IMG/VR virus record: IMGVR_UViG_3300045988_162656
Strand: one strand, 5' to 3'
Length of the DNA: 64,000 nt
DNA from: a virus
Taxonomy: Duplodnaviria; Heunggongvirae; Uroviricota; Caudoviricetes
Of the stretch, positions 7,991 through 17,991 are shown piece by piece (position 1 is the first letter of the stretch; every line of letters begins with the position of its first letter). The notes under the pieces were generated by a model. It was given only the letters and a program-made list of their open reading frames with translations. It was not told the DNA's origin and ran no database searches. Made by a program: the position numbers and the translations under genes.

Positions 7991-9676
7991 TCATTTAACG
8001 CGTTTGAAAACGTATACGCTGACTGTGATCCCTGTGTCTTCAAACTCGTTGGTAAACGACTTCCCTCTGGCATAAACGTAATTATCCATCGTCATCCAGT
8101 CCAGTATTGGCGCAGTGCCCGGCAATACTGCTACAAGACGCCCGCCGACTTTCAGATGCCCCAGCGCAGCCAGCGTGTGCTCTCTATGACGACCAAGCGA
8201 GTACGGCGGGTTCATAACGATTTTGTCGAACTGATAACCTGCGTTGTCCTCAGACCACTTTATGAAGTCGCAGCAAATCGTGTTCGTATACCCTTTTCCA
8301 CGCAGGATATCAGCGAAGAGAGGTGCGATTTCTATGCAGGTAACATCTTCCAGATCGGCGTTAATATAGGCCAGAAGATCCCCACGTCCGGCTTGAGGCT
8401 CCAACAGCTTCTCACCAGGCTTCAATTCAGTGGCTCTGGCAACGTACTCAGCAATCAAGCGTGGGGTAGGGTAGAACTGGTGTGATTTTGTATCCGGTAT
8501 TAAACCGGTAGCCACAATCGTATTTAGCGTATGGCCGATCTCATACGGGAACTGCCAGTGCTTTTTCTCCTGCACGCCGCCAATGAAGCTCAGTGTGCGC
8601 TCAAGCTCTTCCACCTGCGACTTCTGGAGAGCTGAATCAGAGAAGTACCATACGCCTTTGTCTTTGCTCAATCGCCCGTCACGAAGCGCAGTGCGAACCG
8701 GCACGGAGATCGTCTTCTGGATTAACCCGAACTGCTTTGGTGCCCGTGTTTTTGGCGCAGTTCGGCATGGCGCGGGGATTGCAGCAGGCATACTGTAAGC
8801 CAGCACCTCATTCAACTTCCAGGCCACGTCAGGATGTATTTCAAAGTGAACGTTGCCGTTCTTGAACATCTTCACGCGCATCAGATTTCCATCGACGTTC
8901 ATCCAGTCACCGGTCTGGCAGTCGTTTGCCCGATACGCAGCTGATAGCACCTCAGCAGTGCGGTTGATGGTAATAAATTCTTTGTGCGCGAAGAAATGAA
9001 GCAAGACACGCAGATCGTCGATGTAGTCCTCTTTGCGATAGTTCACGCTAACGCTGTCACGCCAGAAATCAGAAATGCAGTCAGCGATTATCAGACGCTC
9101 GCTGAAACCGTTTGTCTTATTTGTCTTGTGCGCAGGACTCAGCGCCTTAAACAAGCCATACACGCGCTCAGAGAGATATTTGTGCCTGTCATTCAGCAAA
9201 TTAAGCATCGTTGGTATGACCGTTTCTGCTTTGAACTCCGGTACACCAACGAACTCTTTAACCTTCATCTGATAGCCGGTTCTGTCAGTTTTGATGACTT
9301 CCTGCTTGCCCTCGATAAATAGCTCACGCCACTCGTCGCGACGGGAAGCTGGCATGATCAGCAGAACGTTAGTCATATCCGTAACCTTCCTCCAGTACTC
9401 GGCCCAAATATTCTGTTTCACCCATTCCAGATCGACGTTATCCAGCCAGACTCGATTCAAACGTGAGCGATCTTCATCTGGTCGGTGGTTTAGTCGAAGC
9501 AGGCGATTAATCATGTTGTGGCGTTCATCGCCATAAACGAAGTCGTGTACCTGATACATGAAGGAGATCTCTTTCTCGCACTCGGCCACAATTTCGTGGA
9601 TGACGTTCATTTCCTGTCGATAGTCGATAGCAGTGTTTGAGCTGGCATCGCCCATGATGGAAAGGGCTGTATTCAT
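7991..9676 (-). CDS. DNA methyltransferase (amino-MTase, NPPY motif) with ~380-aa N-terminal domain of unknown function
   Basis: C-terminal FYPTP ... EPQAGRGDL ... NPPY motifs typical of N6-adenine/N4-cytosine MTases. Confidence 0.65.
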   Translation of the reverse strand: MNTALSIMGDASSNTAIDYRQEMNVIHEIVAECEKEISFMYQVHDFVYGDERHNMINRLLRLNHRPDEDRSRLNRVWLDNVDLEWVKQNIWAEYWRKVTDMTNVLLIMPASRRDEWRELFIEGKQEVIKTDRTGYQMKVKEFVGVPEFKAETVIPTMLNLLNDRHKYLSERVYGLFKALSPAHKTNKTNGFSERLIIADCISDFWRDSVSVNYRKEDYIDDLRVLLHFFAHKEFITINRTAEVLSAAYRANDCQTGDWMNVDGNLMRVKMFKNGNVHFEIHPDVAWKLNEVLAYSMPAAIPAPCRTAPKTRAPKQFGLIQKTISVPVRTALRDGRLSKDKGVWYFSDSALQKSQVEELERTLSFIGGVQEKKHWQFPYEIGHTLNTIVATGLIPDTKSHQFYPTPRLIAEYVARATELKPGEKLLEPQAGRGDLLAYINADLEDVTCIEIAPLFADILRGKGYTNTICCDFIKWSEDNAGYQFDKIVMNPPYSLGRHREHTLAALGHLKVGGRLVAVLPGTAPILDWMTMDNYVYARGKSFTNEFEDTGITVSVYVFKRVK

Positions 9677-9779
9677 AATTGCACCATTAAGAAATGATTT
9701 GTTTAATGATGCAATTATTTCAAAAATAAAAAGGTGCTAAATAGAAATTAACAGGCAATACTTAAAATAAAGGCATTGA

Positions 9780-10454
9780 CTAATCATACTTGGATGTATT
9801 TATAACCAGGACTTTATTTGTATATAGTTTTTTTACATTCCATGTAACATTACTTGAATACCATTCACCATTATATATTTGGTTTCCCGTTGCGCCTGTC
9901 ATTGTTACGTATACAGGTCTGTCGTAAGGTGTTCGTCTATAGTTATATACTCCAACCATTGCAGGCATTATCGCACACGGGTATCCCATATTTATGGTAA
10001 ATTGAGGATTTGTAATAGTGATAATCTCTGCATCAAGGGGCATCATCTCACCGTGATATACCATTTTACCTGCGCTATTATACATGGCAATACCATATCC
10101 TGAATGTGGTAACACCATATCAGAAAAAGCATAAACTGTTATCGTTCCGGGGTTTCCTCCAACCTGATTCAGTCTGAGAACATTATACCCATCTCTAAAT
10201 TCATGAACGAACATCATATTCGCCTTATTACTGCTTTTTATAAAGAAAAAACATGATTTGTTCGACGGTATTGAAGTCTTAAAAACAGAACCTTTAGACG
10301 TGGACATTGTCCCCCTATTAATCAAATTTTGCGGTGTAAATTCTGGACTCATCCACACATTACCATTTGACTGAGTAATTGACATCCCGAACATTATTGT
10401 TATCCCCAATATGTATATATATAAGATCCAAGTCCCTTGTATAAATTTGACCAA
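9780..10454 (-). CDS. hypothetical N/Y/T-rich protein with hydrophobic N-terminus, in an AT-rich island
   Basis: ORF in strongly AT-rich segment 9677-10700; atypical composition versus neighbours; start uncertain. Confidence 0.3.
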   Translation of the reverse strand: MVKFIQGTWILYIYILGITIMFGMSITQSNGNVWMSPEFTPQNLINRGTMSTSKGSVFKTSIPSNKSCFFFIKSSNKANMMFVHEFRDGYNVLRLNQVGGNPGTITVYAFSDMVLPHSGYGIAMYNSAGKMVYHGEMMPLDAEIITITNPQFTINMGYPCAIMPAMVGVYNYRRTPYDRPVYVTMTGATGNQIYNGEWYSSNVTWNVKKLYTNKVLVINTSKYD

Positions 10455-10735
10455 CTTACTGTATTGCCGTTAATAGTGATAGTTGGTGTAGGTATATTTA
10501 CATGGTTATCGTTATTTAAAGGCATCAATGAGCACACAGCATGTAATGATTTGCCAGGTGGTGGATTTGGGTAAGTCTTAGAGCCTGACGTGGTTGTAAA
10601 TCGATCAAGAAAAAAAATAGGAGTAAGGAAGCCGGTAACGTTAACTCCCTTATTATTGTAGATCCCTGTACCGTATGCCATTTTTCATCCTTGTTTTTAT
10701 CAACATAATATGGCCGATCATGCGGCCATATCAGA

Positions 10736-11305
10736 TCAATTAGAGCTTTGAAAGGCTTTGTGTGGCTGTGTTGCGAGGTTATGTCGATGGCTTAACTCAC
10801 GCATCATGTCTTCAAGGCGACTCTTTGTGTCGTCGAGTTGGTCAGCCATTGCTCCTAAAAGCTGACGAACTACCATCGGATCGTCGCTGTTTAGTGATGG
10901 CATTTTATAACCCGCCTGAGAAGACATCAGATTGAATGCTGACATCAACATCGTTAGAGAGGATTTAAGCCCGGCAATTTCACGATCTTTGCTGGCAATA
11001 ATCGTCTCACTTTTGTTACTGTCATGAGTTCCTTGAGTCTCGATCACCATATCCAAAGTCTCTTGCAACTTATCAGCTCTCTGTTTTTCAGCAAGATAAT
11101 GAACACCGAAATGATGTGCTAAAGCTACAACCTGAGTTGGCTCTTCAAAGGTGGACTCAAAATTAAGTGCTGTAACCACTCTCTCAAAAATGGAAACGTC
11201 TTCTATTCCTCGAAGAATGGCTAACATTTTGACAAGTTCATTAGCATCCATTTCTTCGAATAGGGCGTTTTGTTCATCAGCTATTGCTTTGCATTTCTCG
11301 CACAT
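10736..11305 (-). CDS. hypothetical protein
   Basis: 189-aa ORF with palindromic motif aaacaagttgttt 17 nt upstream. Confidence 0.4.
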   Translation of the reverse strand: MCEKCKAIADEQNALFEEMDANELVKMLAILRGIEDVSIFERVVTALNFESTFEEPTQVVALAHHFGVHYLAEKQRADKLQETLDMVIETQGTHDSNKSETIIASKDREIAGLKSSLTMLMSAFNLMSSQAGYKMPSLNSDDPMVVRQLLGAMADQLDDTKSRLEDMMRELSHRHNLATQPHKAFQSSN

Positions 11306-11602
11306 ATGTTTTCCTTAATGCTTAAACAAGTTGTTTTCTTATTGGCTTTATTGTGATGTGGCATAAAAGGGGAGCAAGCTAAACGTAAAGGTGCAAACTC
11401 TCTATTTCGGTCAACGAAACACAATGGCCATTTGACCCTTGTCATTAACACGTTGCTTTACGGACTAGCGGATAAGCGAAGTAGATCGCCAGACCAATGA
11501 GGACGCCATCAGAAATGACAGACATCATCTTTCCCGTAAAATCCACCAACACCGCCATCACCAGAAGAGCAATGACGGTCACAAGCCGGAATCTCTCAAG
11601 CA

Positions 11603-12028
11603 TTAGAGATAAACATCCAGTGACAACTGAAGCGCCTGGGCGATCTTTTTCAGCGCCTGCTCTTCTGGTTCATCAATGCCGTCTTGGTCGGCAATATCAA
11701 GGCACAGACAAAGTACATCTACTGCATCATCAGTCCCGGCCACATCCGCCAGCTCACGTAAAGCCTGGGCATTAGCACGGCGCGGTGAGGCTTCGTATTG
11801 AGCGCGGATATTGGCGCTCATCTGGGCAATCTCACCAGCAAAAGGAGAAAATGCAGGCAGAGCTGCAATTGTTTTCTCAAGAATGGAAATTTCTTTTGCA
11901 TCGCATGTACCGTTGGCATAGGAGATCATGTACCCACCCCACACGGTGGCTTCAACCGCATCACGGTTCTCCATTTTTTTGACTTCGATAACTGCTTTAC
12001 GAGTTTTCTTTTTGAAGAAACCTAACAT
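11603..12028 (-). CDS. hypothetical protein, possibly TerB-like
   Basis: 141-aa ORF; weak resemblance to TerB/DjlA-N type helical domain by eye; palindromic motif upstream. Confidence 0.3.
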   Translation of the reverse strand: MLGFFKKKTRKAVIEVKKMENRDAVEATVWGGYMISYANGTCDAKEISILEKTIAALPAFSPFAGEIAQMSANIRAQYEASPRRANAQALRELADVAGTDDAVDVLCLCLDIADQDGIDEPEEQALKKIAQALQLSLDVYL

Positions 12029-12121
12029 GTGTTTTCCTTTTGTTATTGGTCAAAACAAGTTGTTTTCTAGTTAAATAAATTGCTTACGCAAAGACGGTCA
12101 ATGCATATGCACTAACAACCG

Positions 12122-12310
12122 TCAGAAATAACCAAGTACCGAACCGACTGGAAAAATAAAAATCCCAACTACACGAGCCAAGGTCATGCCAGCCTGAAAC
12201 TGGAGATCGCCAGAGCAAACAAGTTTTATAATGTTCGATACCCAACCGGCGGCCATGAGGGCAAGAATTGCCAGCCAAATTTTTCCAAAGTGATTTGAAA
12301 ACCAGTTCAT
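12122..12310 (-). CDS. small membrane protein
   Basis: 62-aa ORF with two hydrophobic segments. Confidence 0.3.
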   Translation of the reverse strand: MNWFSNHFGKIWLAILALMAAGWVSNIIKLVCSGDLQFQAGMTLARVVGIFIFPVGSVLGYF

Positions 12311-12319
12311 ACAACCGCC

Positions 12320-12835
12320 TTAGTCACAGCATGATCCTGAGTAACTGGATGAACTTGAGGTATCGCATCCACCGTCATCCCATCCAGAGTGACAGGTCGC
12401 TCTACTGGAGTGGTGGTAATTGTCGTCGACGGAGGTGTGGTGATGGATGAATCCGGCATCAAAAGGCTCTGACCGGCTGGAACGGCTACCGTCGCCAGTG
12501 AAACTATAATGAGAACGTAGGCCATTGGTTTCAGCCTCTTTCTTTGAAAATTTTCCATTCGAACTGTCCTTGTTGTTTTTCTCCTTCACTAAAGGCCGTG
12601 CATTTTTCGCTTCGCGTGAAGAACCAGAGGCAACAATCGCCCACACGTTCGCAACAACTGACGCTTGATTATCTAAACGTTCATTCAGCAACCGAACGGT
12701 AGTCTCTAGTTCATCAAGGCGTGACATAACACGACCGCTAAATAATTCGGCCAAAATTTGACGTAAAGAACGAGGACGTTTAGTTACAGAAGTGAAATAG
12801 GTTTGACGTGCCATGTGGACTCCATCCAGTGTCAT
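12320..12835 (-). CDS. hypothetical protein with coiled-coil N-terminal region and Ser/Cys-rich C-terminus
   Basis: 171-aa ORF; overlaps alternative-frame ORF 12307-12558 encoding a hydrophobic-N-terminus Pro/Thr-rich peptide. Confidence 0.3.
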   Translation of the reverse strand: MTLDGVHMARQTYFTSVTKRPRSLRQILAELFSGRVMSRLDELETTVRLLNERLDNQASVVANVWAIVASGSSREAKNARPLVKEKNNKDSSNGKFSKKEAETNGLRSHYSFTGDGSRSSRSEPFDAGFIHHHTSVDDNYHHSSRATCHSGWDDGGCDTSSSSSYSGSCCD

Positions 12836-12959
12836 AAAGAGTTGCGGCTGGCAATCGCCAGCCGCCTTTCTCGTTCCATCCTGGAACTGTGTCTTACCGA
12901 CACATTGTCATCCTGACGCCGATAAGATACATGATTTATAATGATAGGTAAACACTTAC

Positions 12960-13553
12960 TTACTGTTTGTTATAAACAAAACCAATATCTTTCTTGTGAG
13001 GCATATCTGCTGCTGAAAAAGCTGCGATCTTCGCGAGTCGATCACATATTTCATTTTCACGATGCCCGGCGTGACCTTTAACCCACTTCCAGCGAACATT
13101 ATGTCGACTTGCGGCCTCATCCAGACGCTTCCACAGATCAACATTCTTTACCGGTTTTTTGTCAGAAGTCATCCATCCATTGCGTTTCCACCATTTCATC
13201 CACTGTGTCATGCCGTTTTTCAGATACTGGCTATCAGAGTGCAAAATAACGTTGCATGGATATTTCAAACGCTCCAGCCCGATAAGTGCCCCCATCATCT
13301 CCATGCGGTTATTGGTGGTGCTATGAAAACCATCTGAGAACTCGCGTTCCTCGCCACGATACTGGAGAACGATACCGTAACCGCCCGGGCCACCCGGATT
13401 TTTAAGGCAAGAGCCATCACTAAAGATTTTCACGGTTTTAAGCTGGGGATTGAACTCTACGACAGGCGTTGTGGGATTGGTGCGGGGAGAATTTTTGTTT
13501 TTGTCTTTTTTGCGAGTTTTTGCTTGCGGTCGGGCTGGTGTCTTCGTTGTCAT
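12960..13553 (-). CDS. rnhA: ribonuclease HI with basic N-terminal extension
   Basis: [42 protein letters not shown] motifs; start trimmed to MTTKTPARP with aggag RBS. Confidence 0.8.
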   Translation of the reverse strand: MTTKTPARPQAKTRKKDKNKNSPRTNPTTPVVEFNPQLKTVKIFSDGSCLKNPGGPGGYGIVLQYRGEEREFSDGFHSTTNNRMEMMGALIGLERLKYPCNVILHSDSQYLKNGMTQWMKWWKRNGWMTSDKKPVKNVDLWKRLDEAASRHNVRWKWVKGHAGHRENEICDRLAKIAAFSAADMPHKKDIGFVYNKQ

Positions 13554-13649
13554 ATAAACTCCTGAATCAAGCGCCGCGCCGATTTTTCCTCGCGCGTGCG
13601 CACACGCGTGCGTGTTAATAATTATTAAAATAAACAAATTACTTCCCAG

Positions 13650-14030
13650 AACAGGTTTTTATAAACCTGAACTGAACGAACGAAGTGAGTGAAGTTCACC
13701 TCGAACGAAGTGAGAGGTTGTCTTTTCAGGTAATACTCTCCCAGGGAGGTGAGTATAAAATTCCTCACCAACCTGGTCGTTTCATAACCTGAAAAGCTAT
13801 GGTCTAAGTCTACTGCCAGCTTAGACTTGGGAAGTTATGGATGACAGCACCCCAGAACCGAGATCTTCCCACACTTTATGAAGGGGAGTACTGGATTCAA
13901 CCTCTCGAAACACCCCAGACTCGACAATCATAAAGTGACCCTTGTCTCCGCTCACTTTGGTTCCCCCTTCCCCGACACCTAAACGGCACCGGTTCTACGC
14001 TGGTAGTGAGCTTTTTTAAACCTGACGCCA
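13650..14030 (+). ncRNA. candidate structured non-coding RNA or cis element (orientation uncertain)
   Basis: 580 bp without ORFs >60 aa; nested inverted repeats (cttttcaggt/acctgaaaag enclosing two hairpins), direct repeat gaacgaagtgag x2, stem followed by tttttt at about 14030. Confidence 0.25.
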
Positions 14031-14134
14031 GTGACGCTTACCCCCACCCATCAGGTCGAGTCTCCAGTCTACGACTGGAAACTATCAGATCTTAGCACTT
14101 ACAATTCATCTTATGAATAGTTTGTACTTATCTA

Positions 14135-14389
14135 TCATTTCGATTGATTATTTTCTCGACCATGTAGTTGAACATTCAAGGCAAACACCTCGTTGATCAA
14201 CTCACCTAAAAGCTGTTCAACAAGTTCGCGATGCTCCCCAAGATGCAAGCACTTAATTGCCCACTCGTACAAGTTGAAAGCCTGCTCACGATCTTTCATC
14301 ATTTCACGAGCCTGGGCCAGAAAATCGCTGTCTACGAGCGCAACGACATTAGTCGGGTATGACATGTTGGTTTCCTTAAAGTGGTTCAT
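14135..14389 (-). CDS. hypothetical protein
   Basis: 84-aa ORF downstream of Dam-like gene. Confidence 0.35.
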   Translation of the reverse strand: MNHFKETNMSYPTNVVALVDSDFLAQAREMMKDREQAFNLYEWAIKCLHLGEHRELVEQLLGELINEVFALNVQLHGRENNQSK

Positions 14390-14552
14390 AAAATCGATTT
14401 TAAAGCGTCTGGGAAGGGGGTCTAGTGGATTCTGTAGTGATGTTCAGGTCTGGAGTCTCTGATACAAAACAGCCTGCTTCCGTATATTAATAATTAATAT
14501 GTAGTTATTTATATATATACAGAAGCAGGCTAATTACAGACGCCAGAACAAA

Positions 14553-15146
14553 CTAAGCAGCCTTCTTTGATGGTCTTTTTTTCCTGATCACATTCGCAGG
14601 ATCATACCCTCCCAGACTTTTCATGACGTCCAAAGGGATCTTGCTTATAGAGTGCCCAGCGTCCTGACAGAATCCTCGAAAAACAACGAGCATACTGCCA
14701 CCGGGGTTGATGTTTACTTCTACCTGACCCAAATTGACGTCAGGCTCGACAAACGCTACGCGGCCACCAGACAGAATAATCGTCTCATTCGCATACTCTG
14801 TTGCACGCTCATACCACTTTGTATCGAGGGATTGAGGAATTAGCATCACTGTAGTAACTCCGCGAGCCTGCTCACGTATAGCAGCATCAATCCAGGGGGA
14901 GATTTTGGAGTAGGGTGGATTGAGGAAGGCAATTGTACCTGGCTGTCCCCATTCAGATTTCAAAGCATCACGCTCAATGCCTATGAAATTAGGCAGCTTT
15001 GCGTTGTCCTTGTTGCAGGCAACGTCAACATCAAATGTCACTCCAAGATAACGTTGAATGGCAGAAAACAGCCAATCAGGTGTTCTCCAGAGGTCACGAA
15101 GAGAGTTGTCGCGCTTTCGCTGTTTGATTTTTTCGGCTGCAATCAT
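14553..15146 (-). CDS. phage-type Dam-like DNA N6-adenine methyltransferase
   Basis: DLWRTPDWLF and FLNPPYS motifs characteristic of small phage N6-adenine MTases. Confidence 0.75.
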   Translation of the reverse strand: MIAAEKIKQRKRDNSLRDLWRTPDWLFSAIQRYLGVTFDVDVACNKDNAKLPNFIGIERDALKSEWGQPGTIAFLNPPYSKISPWIDAAIREQARGVTTVMLIPQSLDTKWYERATEYANETIILSGGRVAFVEPDVNLGQVEVNINPGGSMLVVFRGFCQDAGHSISKIPLDVMKSLGGYDPANVIRKKRPSKKAA

Positions 15147-15328
15147 CTTCTTTCTCGATAGGTAAGCAAATACCTATTTTTGCATTTGATTTTATGTATG
15201 GCAATCAAATAAAACGCGCCAGAAATGCGAACAAGAAGCTCTCTGGCGCGTTTTTTTGGTGCTGGGTATGGGTTATCTTACCCAGCACTATAAAGCTCTC
15301 TATGGGCTTTATTTTCAGTAGGGGAACG

Positions 15329-16138
15329 TCATCCAATAGTGTACTCCGCGACAAACTTCTTAACGATCGGTGATTCTTCGTTCAATGTTAGATTTCCACC
15401 GTCTCTAACGGCAATTCCTGTAGCTGGAAATACAGCCATCATTTGCCCAGCCTGAGTTGACGCAGTGTTAAGCGGATACGGTTTTTCTGGATTGCTCATT
15501 AAAGCAATCTTAATACTATTACTTGTAGCCTTCTTTTCTGTAAGAAGGTGTCTCATGGAAATTACCGTGTAAACACTAATATCTGGACCTCCGCTAAACC
15601 AATTAAGAAGGTTTAATATCTTATCCTTCGCTTTGACAGGCGCGTTTTCGTAAGCGTCTAAGAAAATATCTTTTTCTAAGCCTGCTTTATTGAAAAACGA
15701 ATCATCTTTATCACTTAAAGTAAAACTAGGACCTCTTGCAGCACGAGTTTTTTTATTTGTATTGCTATCATTTGACTGTTGAACTTTTAATTCATCATTA
15801 ACCTCAACACAATCTTCAACCTCAATGATCCCCAACTGTTCTGGCTCATTTTCGGCAGCTTCACCACTTTCAGCGTTAATTACGTTTATAGGCTCATGCG
15901 CTAACTCCAACTCATTTAAAGCAGAGCTGAAATCACCTGCTTTTTCTTCATTGAACAGTTCTTCGGCAACATCATCAGAACTCATGGCTACGCCAGCATC
16001 GAGGCCGAGAAGCAGATCGTCAATATCATCAGTATTTTCAACCTGTGCAGCTTTTTTTACTGGTTCATCAAGTGATTGCAACATGGCTGTCAGCTCATCC
16101 AGATCATCATTTGTCATTACATTTTCAACCGAACTCAT
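15329..16138 (-). CDS. hypothetical acidic protein
   Basis: 269-aa ORF, highly acidic N-terminal half. Confidence 0.4.
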   Translation of the reverse strand: MSSVENVMTNDDLDELTAMLQSLDEPVKKAAQVENTDDIDDLLLGLDAGVAMSSDDVAEELFNEEKAGDFSSALNELELAHEPINVINAESGEAAENEPEQLGIIEVEDCVEVNDELKVQQSNDSNTNKKTRAARGPSFTLSDKDDSFFNKAGLEKDIFLDAYENAPVKAKDKILNLLNWFSGGPDISVYTVISMRHLLTEKKATSNSIKIALMSNPEKPYPLNTASTQAGQMMAVFPATGIAVRDGGNLTLNEESPIVKKFVAEYTIG

Positions 16139-16298
16139 GTAAGTCTCCTTCTGTTTAGTTGCATTTGCGTTTCGATGGCTACATTTTGACTAAACCTATC
16201 AGGCGGAAAAGTATTAAATACAGGCAGGAAATGATTGAAAGGCGACTGTTCTTTAAAAGAAAGCCTGCTTCAAACTCTCTTTAAAGCAGGCTTTTGTT

Positions 16299-16856
16299 TT
16301 ACACAGTTTCAGAGGGTAATTTAAAAAATCCGTATTTATTACGTGCCTTAAAGAAGCATTGCATCATTAAGTTTGTGTCATATAAGGCACTATGTGCTTT
16401 GGCATGATCGTATATAAAGCCAAGAGAGAAGGCCAATTCTTCAAGGCGAGGACGTTTACCGTCTTCTGTGGCCCACAATCCCGATAACATAGTATCTATA
16501 ACGGGAACGTCTGGCAGTCTTACTCCATACCCTGAAAACTCGTGTCTAATAAATGGTATATCAAACGCTTCGCCGTTATGAGCAACCCACGCACTACATG
16601 CCTCCATATAAGCGCCAATTTCGCTAGCATGATTTGACAACAAAGGTTCAGCTGCGAGCTGTTCTAATGAAATGCCATGAACGGCTTGAGCTTTCGGATC
16701 TATGTTTCTGCGAGGGTTAAAACGCATCTCCAGACTATCAATATGTCTCTGTGTCTCCAGTTCATAGCGGGTAATTGCGATTTCAATAATTTTATGACCA
16801 GCAAGGAAATCCAGTCCCGTAGACTCGATATCGATGCCTGCAACAATCGTTGTCAT
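16299..16856 (-). CDS. DnaQ-like 3'-5' exonuclease (DEDD family)
   Basis: GIDIESTG, HNGEAFDIPF, HSALYDT motifs. Confidence 0.65.
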   Translation of the reverse strand: MTTIVAGIDIESTGLDFLAGHKIIEIAITRYELETQRHIDSLEMRFNPRRNIDPKAQAVHGISLEQLAAEPLLSNHASEIGAYMEACSAWVAHNGEAFDIPFIRHEFSGYGVRLPDVPVIDTMLSGLWATEDGKRPRLEELAFSLGFIYDHAKAHSALYDTNLMMQCFFKARNKYGFFKLPSETV

Positions 16857-16865
16857 CAGAACTCC

Positions 16866-17285
16866 TTACAACTTCTTAGCGCCCTTAAGTAGTGCGCTAC
16901 GTACAAATTGAGCCGCTTTTTTCAAAGTTTCTTCACTGGTTTCACAGACAATCGGATCTTTCCACTTACCTGACGCAGTGTTGAGAATATTGATTTGGTT
17001 GCTATCCAGACAAACAGAGATATAAAGCACCGTGCCACCAGCCAGCATCAAATGCATAGGAAACAGAGGCTTTTTACTGTCCTCACTGAACTGAGACATG
17101 GCGATGTTAATGGCTTCACCTACTTGTGCGCCAACAAGCCCCTGCGCAGTTTCGAATATGGCACGAATAGCCAGACGAGCCTCTCGATCGCTCATAAGCG
17201 ACCGGGAATGTTCGTCCGCTACACGAATCAAAGCCTCTGTTGTTTTCCGATCCAGTTCATCTTCAAGCAACATTTCACTAAACAT
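16866..17285 (-). CDS. hypothetical protein
   Basis: 139-aa ORF between exonuclease and kinase. Confidence 0.4.
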   Translation of the reverse strand: MFSEMLLEDELDRKTTEALIRVADEHSRSLMSDREARLAIRAIFETAQGLVGAQVGEAINIAMSQFSEDSKKPLFPMHLMLAGGTVLYISVCLDSNQINILNTASGKWKDPIVCETSEETLKKAAQFVRSALLKGAKKL

Positions 17286-17346
17286 TTTTTATCCTTAACC
17301 CATTTTGAGAGTTTTATTGTCGCAATGTCGAAGAGGCGAACAATTT

Positions 17347-17991
17347 CTAATGAACGGTCACTCGACCACAGAACCGGTTTTCTATCTTTTCTACAGCGTT
17401 ATCTAGCATTCTCATCACTGATCTGGCTCTTGCTTCAACCGTGCGATATCGGTTGGAAACGACGAAGGTTTGCAGATCCCCCCTTTGCGGATGCAGGTGA
17501 ATTTTTGTCAGTTCCCCGCACATCAACGCATCAATACGAGCGACATACAGACGGTCTAATGATGCTCGTTGTGATCGCAAGTAATCTCGCTCTGAGAGAG
17601 CGACTCCCGGGCGTAGGCCAGCAATGGCGTTAAAGTTTGAAATAGCAGTTTTGTGGCAAAACTTTTCGATATCGAGGGCTAACTCAATACATCGATCTTC
17701 ATTGGTATGGCCGACCAAATCCAACGTGTAGGCCATAACATCAGCAGGTGTGCGATCGATAACAAAGCCTTCAACACCACGCGTAAGTAGCTCTATATGC
17801 TTTGCGATTTCCATTTGAATCTGAAGCCGCTCATATAGAGGCATAGACTCACCTACTCGAACACCGAGTCGGCTCATCAAACTTCCGACACCAGCATCCA
17901 CGTAAGGGATTCCGTAATGTTTGTCGATATATTTTGCCAGGGTTGTTTTCCCACTGCCCTGAGCACCAGTGATCCCAATCCGGTAATCCAT
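17347..17991 (-). CDS. P-loop nucleotide kinase (dNMP/deoxynucleoside kinase-like)
   Basis: Walker A GAQGSGKTT at N-terminus; position within dNTP-metabolism cluster. Confidence 0.5.
   Translation of the reverse strand: MDYRIGITGAQGSGKTTLAKYIDKHYGIPYVDAGVGSLMSRLGVRVGESMPLYERLQIQMEIAKHIELLTRGVEGFVIDRTPADVMAYTLDLVGHTNEDRCIELALDIEKFCHKTAISNFNAIAGLRPGVALSERDYLRSQRASLDRLYVARIDALMCGELTKIHLHPQRGDLQTFVVSNRYRTVEARARSVMRMLDNAVEKIENRFCGRVTVH

Noticed and set aside
12307-12558. Calling both overlapping ORFs at 12307-12835 as genes
   Set aside because: Cannot be resolved from sequence alone; only the longer frame is listed and the overlap is reported as a finding.
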